Origin: Candidatus Uhrbacteria bacterium
GTDB taxonomy: Bacteria > Patescibacteriota > Patescibacteriia > UBA9934 > GWF2-40-263
Assembly: GCA_016219925.1 (NCBI GenBank)
Contig: JACRJU010000013.1
Coordinates: 980-64,979 of the forward strand
Direction: 5' to 3'
DNA length: 64,000 nt
The position numbers and the translations under genes were made by a program. Below the pieces are notes generated by a model, which was given only the letters and a program-made list of their open reading frames with translations, was not told where the DNA came from and did not search any database. Shown in pieces: positions 38,824 to 47,713 of the stretch (position 1 is its first letter; every line of letters begins with the position of its first letter).

Positions 38824-39723
38824 TTACTGAGGATTTGAGCCACCCCCTGTGCTGGCCGCGGGCGCGGGCGTTGTGACCGTTGTGTTGCCGGCTGTGCAGT
38901 TGTTGCTACAGGTCGGGTTCACGACAGCCGCGTTGCTGATGCCACCCGCGGGGATCGCGGAGGCACTGCTCGCAGCCGCGCCTGCCGGAATCGGCGAGGC
39001 GTTGCCCGTGTGGAAAGTCCCGATTCCCGTCGTGACCATCCACCACAGGCCGAACAGGAGGGCCAGTAGGATGATGATCGGCGCGGCGAAGGCGAGCGCC
39101 GAGAGGCCGCGGTCGGCCCAAGTGCGCCAGCGCGGCGGAGCCGGAGGGGCCGGTGGGGCAACCGGGCCGCCAGGTGCAGGCGGGGCACCGGGAGCCGGTC
39201 CCAGCACGATGTGCATCGGGATCGGCGGCGGCGGTGCGATGTGCACCGGCACGGGCACAACCGCCACGGCTGGGGCACCAAGCGCCGGAGGGGCCGGAGG
39301 CGCAGGCGGTGCTCCGGGTGCGATGGGCGGGGGCGCGACCGGCGGGAGAGCCGGAGGCGCAGGGGGTGCGCCAGGAACGGGCGGAGGCGCAGGCAGCGGC
39401 GGCGGTGCGGCCGCGAGAGCGACCACGTCCACGTCCTGCCCAGCCACCTCGGTCAGTAGGTCCGTTGTGCGGACCACGCCGAGATGGTAGTGGCCGGGCG
39501 CCTGGAAGCCCCGCGTGCTCCTGAAGGTCAGGTTCGAGGGGTGTCCGGCACCCACCGCACCGACGCGCGCGGTGTCGCGATCAATGACGATCGGGGCACC
39601 GGCCGGCGTGACGAGGAGCCGAAACTCCGCGCCTGGGGGGTTGTCCGGAGGAGTGACCTCCAACCGGACGGCGAGAGCCGAGCCCTCGACGATGTTGGGG
39701 GGCGCGTGAAGCGTAAACGCCAT
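38824..39723 (-). CDS. GC-rich Pro/Ala-rich membrane protein (N-terminal globular domain, PAPP-repeat linker, C-proximal TM)
   Basis: ATG at 39721-39723 with a perfect AGGAGG SD upstream. About 70 % GC. Long (PAPPx)n tract. TM LSALAFAAPIIILLALLFGLWWMV. Long antisense ORFs here are GC artefacts. Confidence 0.6.
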   Translation of the reverse strand: MAFTLHAPPNIVEGSALAVRLEVTPPDNPPGAEFRLLVTPAGAPIVIDRDTARVGAVGAGHPSNLTFRSTRGFQAPGHYHLGVVRTTDLLTEVAGQDVDVVALAAAPPPLPAPPPVPGAPPAPPALPPVAPPPIAPGAPPAPPAPPALGAPAVAVVPVPVHIAPPPPIPMHIVLGPAPGAPPAPGGPVAPPAPPAPPRWRTWADRGLSALAFAAPIIILLALLFGLWWMVTTGIGTFHTGNASPIPAGAAASSASAIPAGGISNAAVVNPTCSNNCTAGNTTVTTPAPAASTGGGSNPQ

Positions 39724-39867
39724 GGTTTCCTCCTGAATGGGTTTTTGTGACTCCTTACCAACGTGATAAAGAGCGTCCGAAACCGTTTCGGAACCCGAAA
39801 AAATAACACAAAAAAACGATTTTGTCAATCGTTTATACAAAAAACCCGCGATTTTCGCGGGTTTTTT

Positions 39868-40212
39868 CTAACGGATTTTCTCAACGACTTTTTTGAAAAC
39901 TTCTGGGTGATCCTTGGCAAGTGTTGAGAGGATCTTGCGATCAAGTGCGACATTGGCCTTCTTAAGTCCATCAATAAATCGGCTGTAGTTCATCTCAAGC
40001 GGACGAAGCGCGGCGTTCAATCGGATCTGCCAGAGGCGGCGCATGGTGCGTTTTTTGTTGCGGCGATCGCGGTAGGCATAAACGCCGGCTTTTAAAGCCG
40101 CTGGGCGAGCGACGCGGATTTTCGACTTGCGCCCCCACATCATGCCTTTGGTTTTTTCCAGCAAGCTTTTGCGTCGCTTGACGTGTTGGGTTCCTCGTTT
40201 AACTCGTGGCAT
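39868..40212 (-). CDS. rplT: 50S ribosomal protein L20
   Basis: MPRVKRGTQHVKRRKSLLEKTKGMMWGRKSKIRVARPAALKAGVYAYRDRRNKKR... Confidence 0.92.
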   Translation of the reverse strand: MPRVKRGTQHVKRRKSLLEKTKGMMWGRKSKIRVARPAALKAGVYAYRDRRNKKRTMRRLWQIRLNAALRPLEMNYSRFIDGLKKANVALDRKILSTLAKDHPEVFKKVVEKIR

Positions 40213-40220
40213 AAGTTTTT

Positions 40221-40409
40221 TTATTCCCCCATCAATGTCTTAACCGCTTTGCTGTACGACGCAAATGTTTTATCGCGGCGCTTCTTGCGGGTGATTTTTC
40301 CGGGATCGCGGCTATTGAAGTGATCCTGTCCGGCGGCTCGCTTGAGCACCTTGCCGGTTTTGGTGATGGTGAACCGTTTGGAAACGGCTTTATGGGTTTT
40401 CAATTTCAT
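40221..40409 (-). CDS. rpmI: 50S ribosomal protein L35
   Basis: MKLKTHKAVSKRFTITKTGKVLKRAAGQDHFNSRDPGKITRKKRR. Internal ATG at 40407-40409 chosen. Canonical infC-rpmI-rplT order. Confidence 0.8.
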   Translation of the reverse strand: MKLKTHKAVSKRFTITKTGKVLKRAAGQDHFNSRDPGKITRKKRRDKTFASYSKAVKTLMGE

Positions 40410-40465
40410 AGCGGATATTTTCAAAGACGTGCGAAGTATAGGGAAGTGACGCGTCCCTGTCAAGA

Positions 40466-41017
40466 TTAGCTCTTGGCAATAATGGTTGAGAAGCGGCCGC
40501 CCAGATATTTGATTTCTTGCTCAACGCGCAGTTGATAGTCGGCGCGCAGACCTTCGACAAAGGTATTGATCACTTCTTCGGCCACATCCTTGTGGGCTTT
40601 TTCGCGGCCACGCATAGGGAGTTCAATCTTGACCTTGTCGCCACGATCTAAAAATTTAGCCGCTTGTTTTTGTCTGACCCCGGCATCATGCGCACCAATA
40701 CGCACCGAAAGCCGAATCGCTTTTATTTCAACTTCTTTTGCCTGCGCTTTTTGTTTGCGCGCTTCTTTTTCTTTTTGGTATTTGAATTGTCCGTAGTCCA
40801 AAATTTTGCAAACAGGCGGTTCGGCCTTGGGGGAAACTTCAACCAAGTCAAGCTCTTTGCTTTGAGCAAGCTCGATGGCCTTGGTGGTTGGCATCACCCC
40901 AAGGGCCTGTCCGTTTTCATCAATGACACGAACCTGCTCGGCACGAATGCGCTCATTGGCCCAGTATTTTTGGACGTTGAGCGATGAGTGGTGCAGGCGA
41001 TGACGGTGAATACGCAT
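40466..41017 (-). CDS. infC: translation initiation factor IF-3
   Basis: NERIRAEQVRVIDENGQALGVM...LDLVEVSPKAEPPVCKILDYGQFKYQ... The exact start is uncertain because infC often uses a non-canonical start. The ATG at 41015-41017 gives a His-rich N-terminus. Confidence 0.85.
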   Translation of the reverse strand: MRIHRHRLHHSSLNVQKYWANERIRAEQVRVIDENGQALGVMPTTKAIELAQSKELDLVEVSPKAEPPVCKILDYGQFKYQKEKEARKQKAQAKEVEIKAIRLSVRIGAHDAGVRQKQAAKFLDRGDKVKIELPMRGREKAHKDVAEEVINTFVEGLRADYQLRVEQEIKYLGGRFSTIIAKS

Positions 41018-41082
41018 AGAGATGGAAAAAGTTTATGGGAAAGAGTGGAAAAAATCAAGTAATGAGGTAGAGTAGGGAGGAA

Positions 41083-41529
41083 ATGAAACAGGTCGCTTAT
41101 AATAAACGGGCCGGGTTTGACTTTGAACTTCTGGATAAACAGGAAGCGGGTTTGGTGTTAACCGGACCGGAAGTTAAAGCGGTTAAGGCCGGCCTGGTGC
41201 AATTTAAGGGAGCGTTTTTGGATATTCGGAAAGGGGAGTTGTGGCTCAAGAATGCGCATATCACTCCGTATGGTCCGGCCGCATCAGCCCAGCAGGGATA
41301 TGAACCAACGCGCGACCGTAAAGTGCTGGTTCATAAGCGGGAACTCAAGCGTTTGATTGGCAAGAAGCAAGCTGAAGGATTGACGCTGGTGCCCGTGAGT
41401 TTGTATATCAAGAACAATTTGGTGAAGCTTGAGTTTGCTGTGGCTCGTGGCAAAAAAAAATATGAGAAGCGCGAGGCGATCAAGAAGCGGGATGTGCAAA
41501 AGCAGATTCGTGAACGTTTGCGTGAATGA
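41083..41529 (+). CDS. smpB: SsrA-binding protein SmpB
   Basis: MKQVAYNKRAGFDFELLDKQEAGLVLTGPEVKAVKAG...KNAHITPY...VLVHKRE. Confidence 0.9.
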   Translation: MKQVAYNKRAGFDFELLDKQEAGLVLTGPEVKAVKAGLVQFKGAFLDIRKGELWLKNAHITPYGPAASAQQGYEPTRDRKVLVHKRELKRLIGKKQAEGLTLVPVSLYIKNNLVKLEFAVARGKKKYEKREAIKKRDVQKQIRERLRE

Positions 41530-41617
41530 TTTTTTCTCTCCTTTTCTTTCTCTTCTAAATCAAGCGAACAGGACAATGCCTGGTCGTTCTTATAACCTTT
41601 CTCTTTAACGTACAAAC

Positions 41618-41700
41618 GTCTTTTTGCGGTTTATGCCATGTCGGAGGGAACAGCGGCGAGGAGTCCGCTGGCCCGGAGACATGGCATAAACCGCAAGACA
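41618..41700. repeat. long perfect stem-loop, possibly an island-boundary element
   Basis: An 18-bp perfect inverted repeat: TGCGGTTTATGCCATGTC with GACATGGCATAAACCGCA. An inner CAGCGG/CCGCTG hairpin sits inside. It lies between smpB and the GC-rich gene. Confidence 0.6.
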
Positions 41701-41881
41701 ATACCGCCAACGATTGAAGAGATCGTTAGGGGACACTTTTGTCGACGTGTAGTCTGTGTTGAGGCGACAAAAGTTTGTCCCATCGATCTCGCTCACACCA
41801 GACGATAGGAGACAAAATGGAATGATAAATGAAGAGAGAAGGAGATAAAAAAATGAACCGCGGTGAAACGGTTCGGAGGGA

Positions 41882-42940
41882 TCAGCGGCTGAAGGGCCAG
41901 TGGCCGGCCGGTTTCTTGTCTTCGGTCTTGGCCATTGGTTTGTCTTTGACTTTGCCTTTCGGCTTGCCGGGCTTGTCTGTCTTGCCCGGCTTGCTCGGCG
42001 CAGTCGGCGGAGTCGCGTCGGCGGAAGGCTTGGTCTTGCCGTTGAATAAATCGACGAGCGAGATGTTCTGGACGGTGCGGTTGGGATCGTAGGCGCTGTG
42101 CTGGCCTTCGATGGCCTTCGCTCCGCCCTTTGGCATCTGTTCGTACAGGAACAGCGCGACCCCCTTGTAGTAGGGAGCGGCCGCCTGCAGGAAGCGCGTG
42201 ATCTGCGTCGCGCTCACCGATTTGCCGTAGGTCATGCCCACCGGGACGAGCGTGCACTCGTGTCCGGGGTGGTAGGCGCGCAGGGCATCGAACTGCCCCT
42301 GCGTGTAGGCGAGTGCGTTCTGCGGCGACATGTCGCGGAACAGCTTCCAGTAGCTCTGCGGCAGGAAGAAGTCCGCGTACTTGAGCGCGACGGCCCAAGG
42401 AACGTCTTTCCACTGCATGAGGTGCGGGAAGCTGGAGAAGGCGAGGATCGTCCACGGACGGGCATCCACCTGTTTGCGCAGTTGCGCGAATAGACGCTCC
42501 CAACGAGCTTTGGACTTGCCAAACAGCCCGAGGTCGTCGACGACGACGCCGTCAGCGCCCATCTCGAGCGTCCGAACGGCGAGCTGGATGGATTCGTCCA
42601 CGCTCGTGTCCGTCTTGAGCCGCGCAGTGAAGTACGAGTACACGCGCATCCCCTCCCCGTGGAATGCCGCAATGAGATCGCGCGAGATCGCCTCACGCCA
42701 CGTGCGACCCACGCGTGTGCCCCAGCTTCCGCCGTCGTGCGATTTCACGATGACGAAGTGGTAGCCAGCGTCGTGCACCGCCTTGGCGTAGGCCTTCGCC
42801 TGTTCGCCCTCGGTGTTGCCGACACTGCTCTTGTAGGTGAAGACTCCCAGGCCGCTCATGTGCGGCGGCAGGGTCTTTGGCTCGGCTTGCGCAGGAAGTG
42901 CGAGCGTGGCGAGCAGGACGAGGACGAAGGTGCGAACCAT
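41882..42940 (-). CDS. GC-rich secreted TIM-barrel glycoside-hydrolase-like protein (GH114/GHL-type) with a Lys/Pro-rich C-terminal tail
   Basis: Signal peptide MVRTFVLVLLATLALPAQA. TLEMGADGVVVDDLGLFG resembles the GH114/GHL motif. About 62 % GC. Located immediately downstream of the ssrA 3' end. Confidence 0.55.
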   Translation of the reverse strand: MVRTFVLVLLATLALPAQAEPKTLPPHMSGLGVFTYKSSVGNTEGEQAKAYAKAVHDAGYHFVIVKSHDGGSWGTRVGRTWREAISRDLIAAFHGEGMRVYSYFTARLKTDTSVDESIQLAVRTLEMGADGVVVDDLGLFGKSKARWERLFAQLRKQVDARPWTILAFSSFPHLMQWKDVPWAVALKYADFFLPQSYWKLFRDMSPQNALAYTQGQFDALRAYHPGHECTLVPVGMTYGKSVSATQITRFLQAAAPYYKGVALFLYEQMPKGGAKAIEGQHSAYDPNRTVQNISLVDLFNGKTKPSADATPPTAPSKPGKTDKPGKPKGKVKDKPMAKTEDKKPAGHWPFSR

Positions 42941-43059
42941 TGAAAGACCCCCTTAACCTGCGGAGAAACGTTCCGCAAGGGCTGTAACGTATATCAAAAA
43001 ATCGTTTTTGTCAATTAAGACTAAACAAAAATCACCGACGTTGTGTCGGTGATTTTTGT

Positions 43060-43450
43060 TGGTGGAGCTGGGGGGAATCGAACCCCCGTGTGGTAAGGCA
43101 TGGCCGTACGATGGTTCCAAGCTCATTCCCGCTTTGATCATCGCGCGCTTGAAGCGGGACAAAATGCGCGCGAGGGTGCCGGTCGCAACATCTTGACCGC
43201 GCGAGATCGGCGACCGCGCAGTCCAGCTCGAAGATATGACATTCGTGTTGAGCTATCGAGCTTCGCTCAGACGAACGGCTCTACAAACCCTTAGGCGAGA
43301 GCTGGGGCAAAAGAAGGAACGCGCAAAGCGTCCTTGATTTTCGCCATGACGTTGTTGGCAAGTATCGTCTTGCATGGAGAGATTTACGAGGTCCCATACG
43401 GCCTCGGCTTGATCACACGGTCAGGGACTCCCATCGAAACCGATCAGCCC
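43060..43450 (-). ncRNA. ssrA: tmRNA (transfer-messenger RNA)
   Basis: 5' GGGGCUGAUCGGUUUCGAUGGGAGU... and 3' ...CGGGGGUUCGAUUCCCCCCAGCUCCACCA (T-arm plus acceptor plus CCA), read on the minus strand. Predicted tag ORF GCC AAC AAC GUC AUG GCG AAA AUC AAG GAC GCU UUG CGC GUU CCU UCU UUU GCC CCA GCU CUC GCC UAA gives ANNVMAKIKDALRVPSFAPALA. A terminator hairpin follows at 43030-43059. Confidence 0.85.
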
Positions 43451-43562
43451 CAGGCGTCTCACTCTACGCATTTTTTTTCTTTCTGTCAATCAAACTGCCG
43501 CGCTTGTTCACACCCGCGCGTGATCAATTTTTGAAAATCCTGTATTATAACTATAACGTTCT

Positions 43563-44576
43563 ATGTCTTCCGAACACACGATCAGCATTTCGACCGGTAC
43601 CTTTTTTAAAGCCGTTCTCATCATTTTAGGGTTGTGGTTTTTGTGGTACATCCGCGACATCGTCGCGATGTTCGTGGTGGCGATCATGCTTTCCTCTTTG
43701 ATTGATCCGTTCGCGGATTGGTTTTCGAAGCACCGCATTCCACGCGGTCTTGCCGTTTTGATTGTTTATACCGTTCTGCTCGCGCTGGCGAGCGTCCTGA
43801 TTATTGTGATGATTCCGGTGGTCGTTCAGCAGTCGGGACAGCTTGTTGAAAATCTCTCCTCCAACTCAACCAACCTCGTAAATACCTTCGTGCAGTTTCA
43901 GCAGAGGCATCAATTTTTAGAAAGTTTTACCAGCGGGCTTCAATCGTTTCAGCAAAGTTTGAACACATCAGCCAATTCGGTCTTTTCTACGGTGAAAGGA
44001 TTTTTCGGTGGCGTGGCGGCCGTCCTGATTGTATTAGTTCTTACCTTTTATATGGTGGTTGAGGAGGATAGCATGCGTCGTTATTTCAAAACGCTCGCTC
44101 CGGAAGAATATCAGCCGTATCTCATGCAACTCATGAAAAAAATGCAGGACAAAATTGGAGCGTGGTTGCGCGGTCAGCTTATTTTAGGATTTTTTGTGGG
44201 CTTAGCGGTTTATATTGGTCTGAAGTTTTTAGGGGTTCCTTATGCGCTTCTTCTGGCTCTGATCGCGGGAGTGCTTGAGATCGTTCCATATGTTGGCCCG
44301 ATCATCTCTTTGATTCCGGCGGGGTTGATCGGATTTGCTCAATCGCCCGTTCTTGGTTTAGCCGTAGTGGTTTTGTACCTCGTCATTCAGCAGATTGAAA
44401 ATAATGTGCTCGTACCGAAAATCATGCAGACGGTGACCGGATTGAATCCTATCTTGAGCATCGCCGCTTTGCTCGTGGGGGTACAGGTGGGGGGATTTGT
44501 TGGCGCGCTTCTGGCTATTCCACTTGCCACCATGGTTGCCGTTGTGGCTGAAGATGTTTTTAAAGGATTGGTATGA
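43563..44576 (+). CDS. AI-2E family transporter (PerM/YdiK-type, UPF0118)
   Basis: Seven or eight TM helices. Topology and motifs typical of AI-2E (e.g. FVVAIMLSSLIDPFADWF..., LALIAGVLEIVPYVGPIISLIPAGLIGFAQS). Confidence 0.8.
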   Translation: MSSEHTISISTGTFFKAVLIILGLWFLWYIRDIVAMFVVAIMLSSLIDPFADWFSKHRIPRGLAVLIVYTVLLALASVLIIVMIPVVVQQSGQLVENLSSNSTNLVNTFVQFQQRHQFLESFTSGLQSFQQSLNTSANSVFSTVKGFFGGVAAVLIVLVLTFYMVVEEDSMRRYFKTLAPEEYQPYLMQLMKKMQDKIGAWLRGQLILGFFVGLAVYIGLKFLGVPYALLLALIAGVLEIVPYVGPIISLIPAGLIGFAQSPVLGLAVVVLYLVIQQIENNVLVPKIMQTVTGLNPILSIAALLVGVQVGGFVGALLAIPLATMVAVVAEDVFKGLV

Positions 44577-44977
44577 TGTTTCACAAGCGGACTTCATTTT
44601 TTCCCCTCGTCCTTGCTTTGCTCACGCTCGCACTAGTCGTTTTAATGATTTTTGCCTTTGCGAGCCGCGGGTCGGTTTCCAAAACGCCCGTCCCAGCATC
44701 ATCAAAACCGGTTTCCGCTGAACAATATGATCAGGAGCTGAGCGCGTTGACGACAGAATTTACCGCGGTGTATCAAGCGGCTGTTGACTCGCAGACCAAA
44801 CTTTCGCTTGTGCAAAAAACGCTCGCGCAATTATTGGCCATGACGGTTCCAGCCGCAGAAAAAGAAAAACACTTGGCGCTCGCGGTGGAACTGAGTCAGA
44901 TGCAACAAGCGCTGACGAATCAAACCGGCGAAGAGGCCGCGGCGTTTGAGCGCTTCCGCCAGTATGTCTCGGATTGA
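44573..44977 (+). CDS. hypothetical membrane-anchored protein
   Basis: N-terminal TM FFPLVLALLTLALVVLMIFAF followed by a helical region. 4-nt overlap with the upstream gene. Confidence 0.5.
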   Translation: MMFHKRTSFFPLVLALLTLALVVLMIFAFASRGSVSKTPVPASSKPVSAEQYDQELSALTTEFTAVYQAAVDSQTKLSLVQKTLAQLLAMTVPAAEKEKHLALAVELSQMQQALTNQTGEEAAAFERFRQYVSD

Positions 44978-45722
44978 AAAGGGTCAAGATTCCAAAGAAG
45001 GAATGCAGCAGCTTAAAGGGGAGGTGATTAAGGAGATCCGTTCGCAGAATCGCGGACGGCCTTGGATCACCTGTTCGCTGCTGTTTTTGGTTATCATTTT
45101 TGGACTCTTGAGCGCTGGCGCTTGGGCGGTGGCGGCTACAGGTCTTGTGAACGTTCCGGGATTTACCTCGTGGGCGTATCATCCCCCAGTGCCAGAGCGC
45201 ACGGTTCTGCCTGGCGTACCGATGGAGCGCGTGGTGGATGAACGGGTGAAGAGTTTGATCGCTCAACGTTTGCAAGATGGGCAGGGCAAGCTTTCGCAAA
45301 CCGCGATCTCCCTTGAGATCAGCGAGCAATCGCTCACCGCCTCTTTGCGTAGTGCGCTTGGAAAGCAAATGGATGATACGCTCGACAGCGCCACCGCACA
45401 GGTCCGCATTGATCCCGATACCGGTTTCACTTTTTTCGTCCTCTTCAAAAATTCTCCCCGCGCAAGCGCTCTGCAGTTTTCCGTTTATGCGAGCGCCCAT
45501 GACGGCACGGTCGAACTCAAACCGGAACGGTTTATCGTGGGTTCGCTTCCGATTCCTAACGCGCTCACCGCCTTCTTCCTTCAACCATTTATTCAGAGTA
45601 AGTTGAATGATTTCAACGCCTTATTGGGATCGTATGTGCAGATGAAGTCGATTGATTATCAAGCAGGGGTTGTGATCATCAACGGGGATTTGGCTGTTCA
45701 AATCAAGGAAGGACAACCTTAG
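44946..45722 (+). CDS. hypothetical membrane-anchored protein
   Basis: Short basic N-terminus, one TM (ITCSLLFLVIIFGLLSAGAWAVAATG), then an extracytoplasmic domain. Start is uncertain (44946 or 44964). Confidence 0.5.
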   Translation: MSASASMSRIEKGQDSKEGMQQLKGEVIKEIRSQNRGRPWITCSLLFLVIIFGLLSAGAWAVAATGLVNVPGFTSWAYHPPVPERTVLPGVPMERVVDERVKSLIAQRLQDGQGKLSQTAISLEISEQSLTASLRSALGKQMDDTLDSATAQVRIDPDTGFTFFVLFKNSPRASALQFSVYASAHDGTVELKPERFIVGSLPIPNALTAFFLQPFIQSKLNDFNALLGSYVQMKSIDYQAGVVIINGDLAVQIKEGQP

Positions 45723-45730
45723 CGAGAAGT

Positions 45731-46495
45731 ATGATTCTGATTCATCGTGTAACGCCATTTGCGATTGGAGCCATTGGGGCTCTGGGGTTTGCTTCGCTTT
45801 TGGAGCATTGGATGGCGCCGCAGACGAGTGTGCTGTTCACGCTCGTATTGATGGCGTTGTTGTTTGCTCGCCTGCTTGTTTGGCGCGTGCGTACCTTTGC
45901 CTTCTGGCATTTTTTCGCCACGCCGTTGTTGTATCTGCTCGCCGCGTTCAGCATGCTTTTTTTGTTTGAAGGTCGAATGCTTTCCCTCATTCTATCTGTG
46001 GTGAGTGTTATCTTGCTCGTGCTGTTCGCGGAATATCTTTTTCAATTCACGCATCTTCCCAGTCAATACCAGCCGTACTCGATTGAATATCTCACTCTGC
46101 TCTTAAACATCCTGACTATTTTTTCCCTCTCCTCTTTTGCTTACGGAGCCCATCTGCTTATTCAGTTTCCTTTGTGGATTCTTGCCACAGGTTTTTTCTT
46201 GTTCTTTTGGTTCGTTCTTTATGGAACACTCTGGGTGAGCAAAGCGGAAGACTCGGGATCGCGTCCGTATGCTCTCGCCGGAGCCATTTTAACGACAGAG
46301 TTTTTTGTCACGCTTTCTTTCTTGCCGAGCGGACTTTACACGAACGCTTCCTTCATCACTCTGTTTTTTTATTTGTTCCTTGGGTTGACGCGCGCGCAAG
46401 TGCGCCATAAGCTTTCATCCACGGTGGTCAAGCGTTATCTGATTGTGGCAGCGATTTTGTTTGCGGCCGTTTTAGTGAGTTCTGATTGGTCTTAA
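45731..46495 (+). CDS. hypothetical polytopic integral membrane protein
   Basis: About 8 predicted TM helices. No recognisable catalytic motif. Confidence 0.55.
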   Translation: MILIHRVTPFAIGAIGALGFASLLEHWMAPQTSVLFTLVLMALLFARLLVWRVRTFAFWHFFATPLLYLLAAFSMLFLFEGRMLSLILSVVSVILLVLFAEYLFQFTHLPSQYQPYSIEYLTLLLNILTIFSLSSFAYGAHLLIQFPLWILATGFFLFFWFVLYGTLWVSKAEDSGSRPYALAGAILTTEFFVTLSFLPSGLYTNASFITLFFYLFLGLTRAQVRHKLSSTVVKRYLIVAAILFAAVLVSSDWS

Positions 46496-46502
46496 AAGAG
46501 GT

Positions 46503-47582
46503 ATGAAAAAAATCGATTGGCGGCTGATGATCTATCCGATTCTGATTTCTCTCGTCCTTGGATTGGGCGCGGGCATTTTGGGCACCGCATGGACATCGTC
46601 ATATCTTTCAGATTACGCCGTTCAATTAAATGAACTGACCGCGCCTCTTCGCCTTTCTGCGCAGAAGCCTCGTAACTTTCCGTCTTCCTATAAAGAGGCT
46701 GTTGATGATTTTGTATCGCAGACTTTGCCAAGCGTGGTTCAGGTGTATCGTGACGCGTCGGGTGCGCTGGGATATCGGCAGGATGAGGCGGATCGTGTGG
46801 GCATGGTGCTCACCACGGACGGATGGGTGGGAATTGAAAGTGGACGAACAGCTCCGGCGTCGCTGATGGAGTCGCGTATTCACGTCAATAATCAATGGCT
46901 TTCCGTGCAGGCACAAAAGTTCGATCCGGTGACAGGGATCATTTTTGTGAAAGTAGAGGCAGATCATTTGCCGGTGGTGTCTTTGGGGAAGGGGCGGGAA
47001 GCCCATCGAGGCGAGCAGGTTTTCGTTGTTGAAGATGCCGCGGGATTTGTCGTGGCTTCCGTCAAAGGGGAAGAGTGGGCGCAAGACGGATCGGTCAGCT
47101 CTGATGAACCCAACCGTTTGCTCACGCTCGATCGCGATGTTCAACCTGGAAGTTTGGTTTTTAATTTGAGCGGAGAGGTGATTGGACTGGTGCGCACGGA
47201 TCACGCGGTCTTGCCCATCGAAGCCATGACACCATCGTTCAAATCTTTGCTTGAGCATCAAACCATTTCACGCCCGACACTCGGGGTGATGGCCGTGGAT
47301 CTTTCCCATGGGCTTGATATATCTGCGACGCTGACTTCCGGGCACACGACCGGCGCCCTGCTATACGGATCGGGATCGCTTGTGCGTTCCGGTGCGGCGC
47401 GTCAAGCCGGTCTCAAACCTTCCGACATCATCCTTTCCGTGAACGATGAATCCGTGGACGCTTCACACACCCTTGATGAACTCATCGAACAATATCGTCC
47501 GGGCGATCAAGTGCGTCTGCAAGTTGAACGCGCCAAAGTGGGGCAGACCATCACGGTCACATTGGGCGAGCGCGCGCCTTGA
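46503..47582 (+). CDS. HtrA-like protein with C-terminal PDZ, apparently catalytically degenerate
   Basis: N-terminal TM. Trypsin-like fold remnants. A PGSLVFNLSGEVIGL segment occupies the position of GNSGGPLVNLAGEVIG. No His in the (VLTTDGWVG) region that aligns to the TNAHVV motif. PDZ: GALLYGSGSLVRSGAARQAGLKPSDIILSVND. Confidence 0.6.
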   Translation: MKKIDWRLMIYPILISLVLGLGAGILGTAWTSSYLSDYAVQLNELTAPLRLSAQKPRNFPSSYKEAVDDFVSQTLPSVVQVYRDASGALGYRQDEADRVGMVLTTDGWVGIESGRTAPASLMESRIHVNNQWLSVQAQKFDPVTGIIFVKVEADHLPVVSLGKGREAHRGEQVFVVEDAAGFVVASVKGEEWAQDGSVSSDEPNRLLTLDRDVQPGSLVFNLSGEVIGLVRTDHAVLPIEAMTPSFKSLLEHQTISRPTLGVMAVDLSHGLDISATLTSGHTTGALLYGSGSLVRSGAARQAGLKPSDIILSVNDESVDASHTLDELIEQYRPGDQVRLQVERAKVGQTITVTLGERAP

Positions 47583-47713
47583 GGTATAATAAAGACGTAG
47601 TGAACACTTTTACCCCTCGAGCCGTGTTTACCCCCCGAGCCTGTCGAGGGGGTATGGACTGCACCGCATTGCGAGCACAGCCTTCGATAGGCTCAGGCGA
47701 TAAGAGATCCCAT

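Noticed and set aside
38849-39750. Plus-strand ORFs (213 aa, 123 aa, 82 aa and others) overlapping the PAPP-repeat gene
   Set aside because: They are antisense to a gene with a perfect SD and a TM helix. Their Gly/Ala/Arg-rich sequences are GC artefacts.
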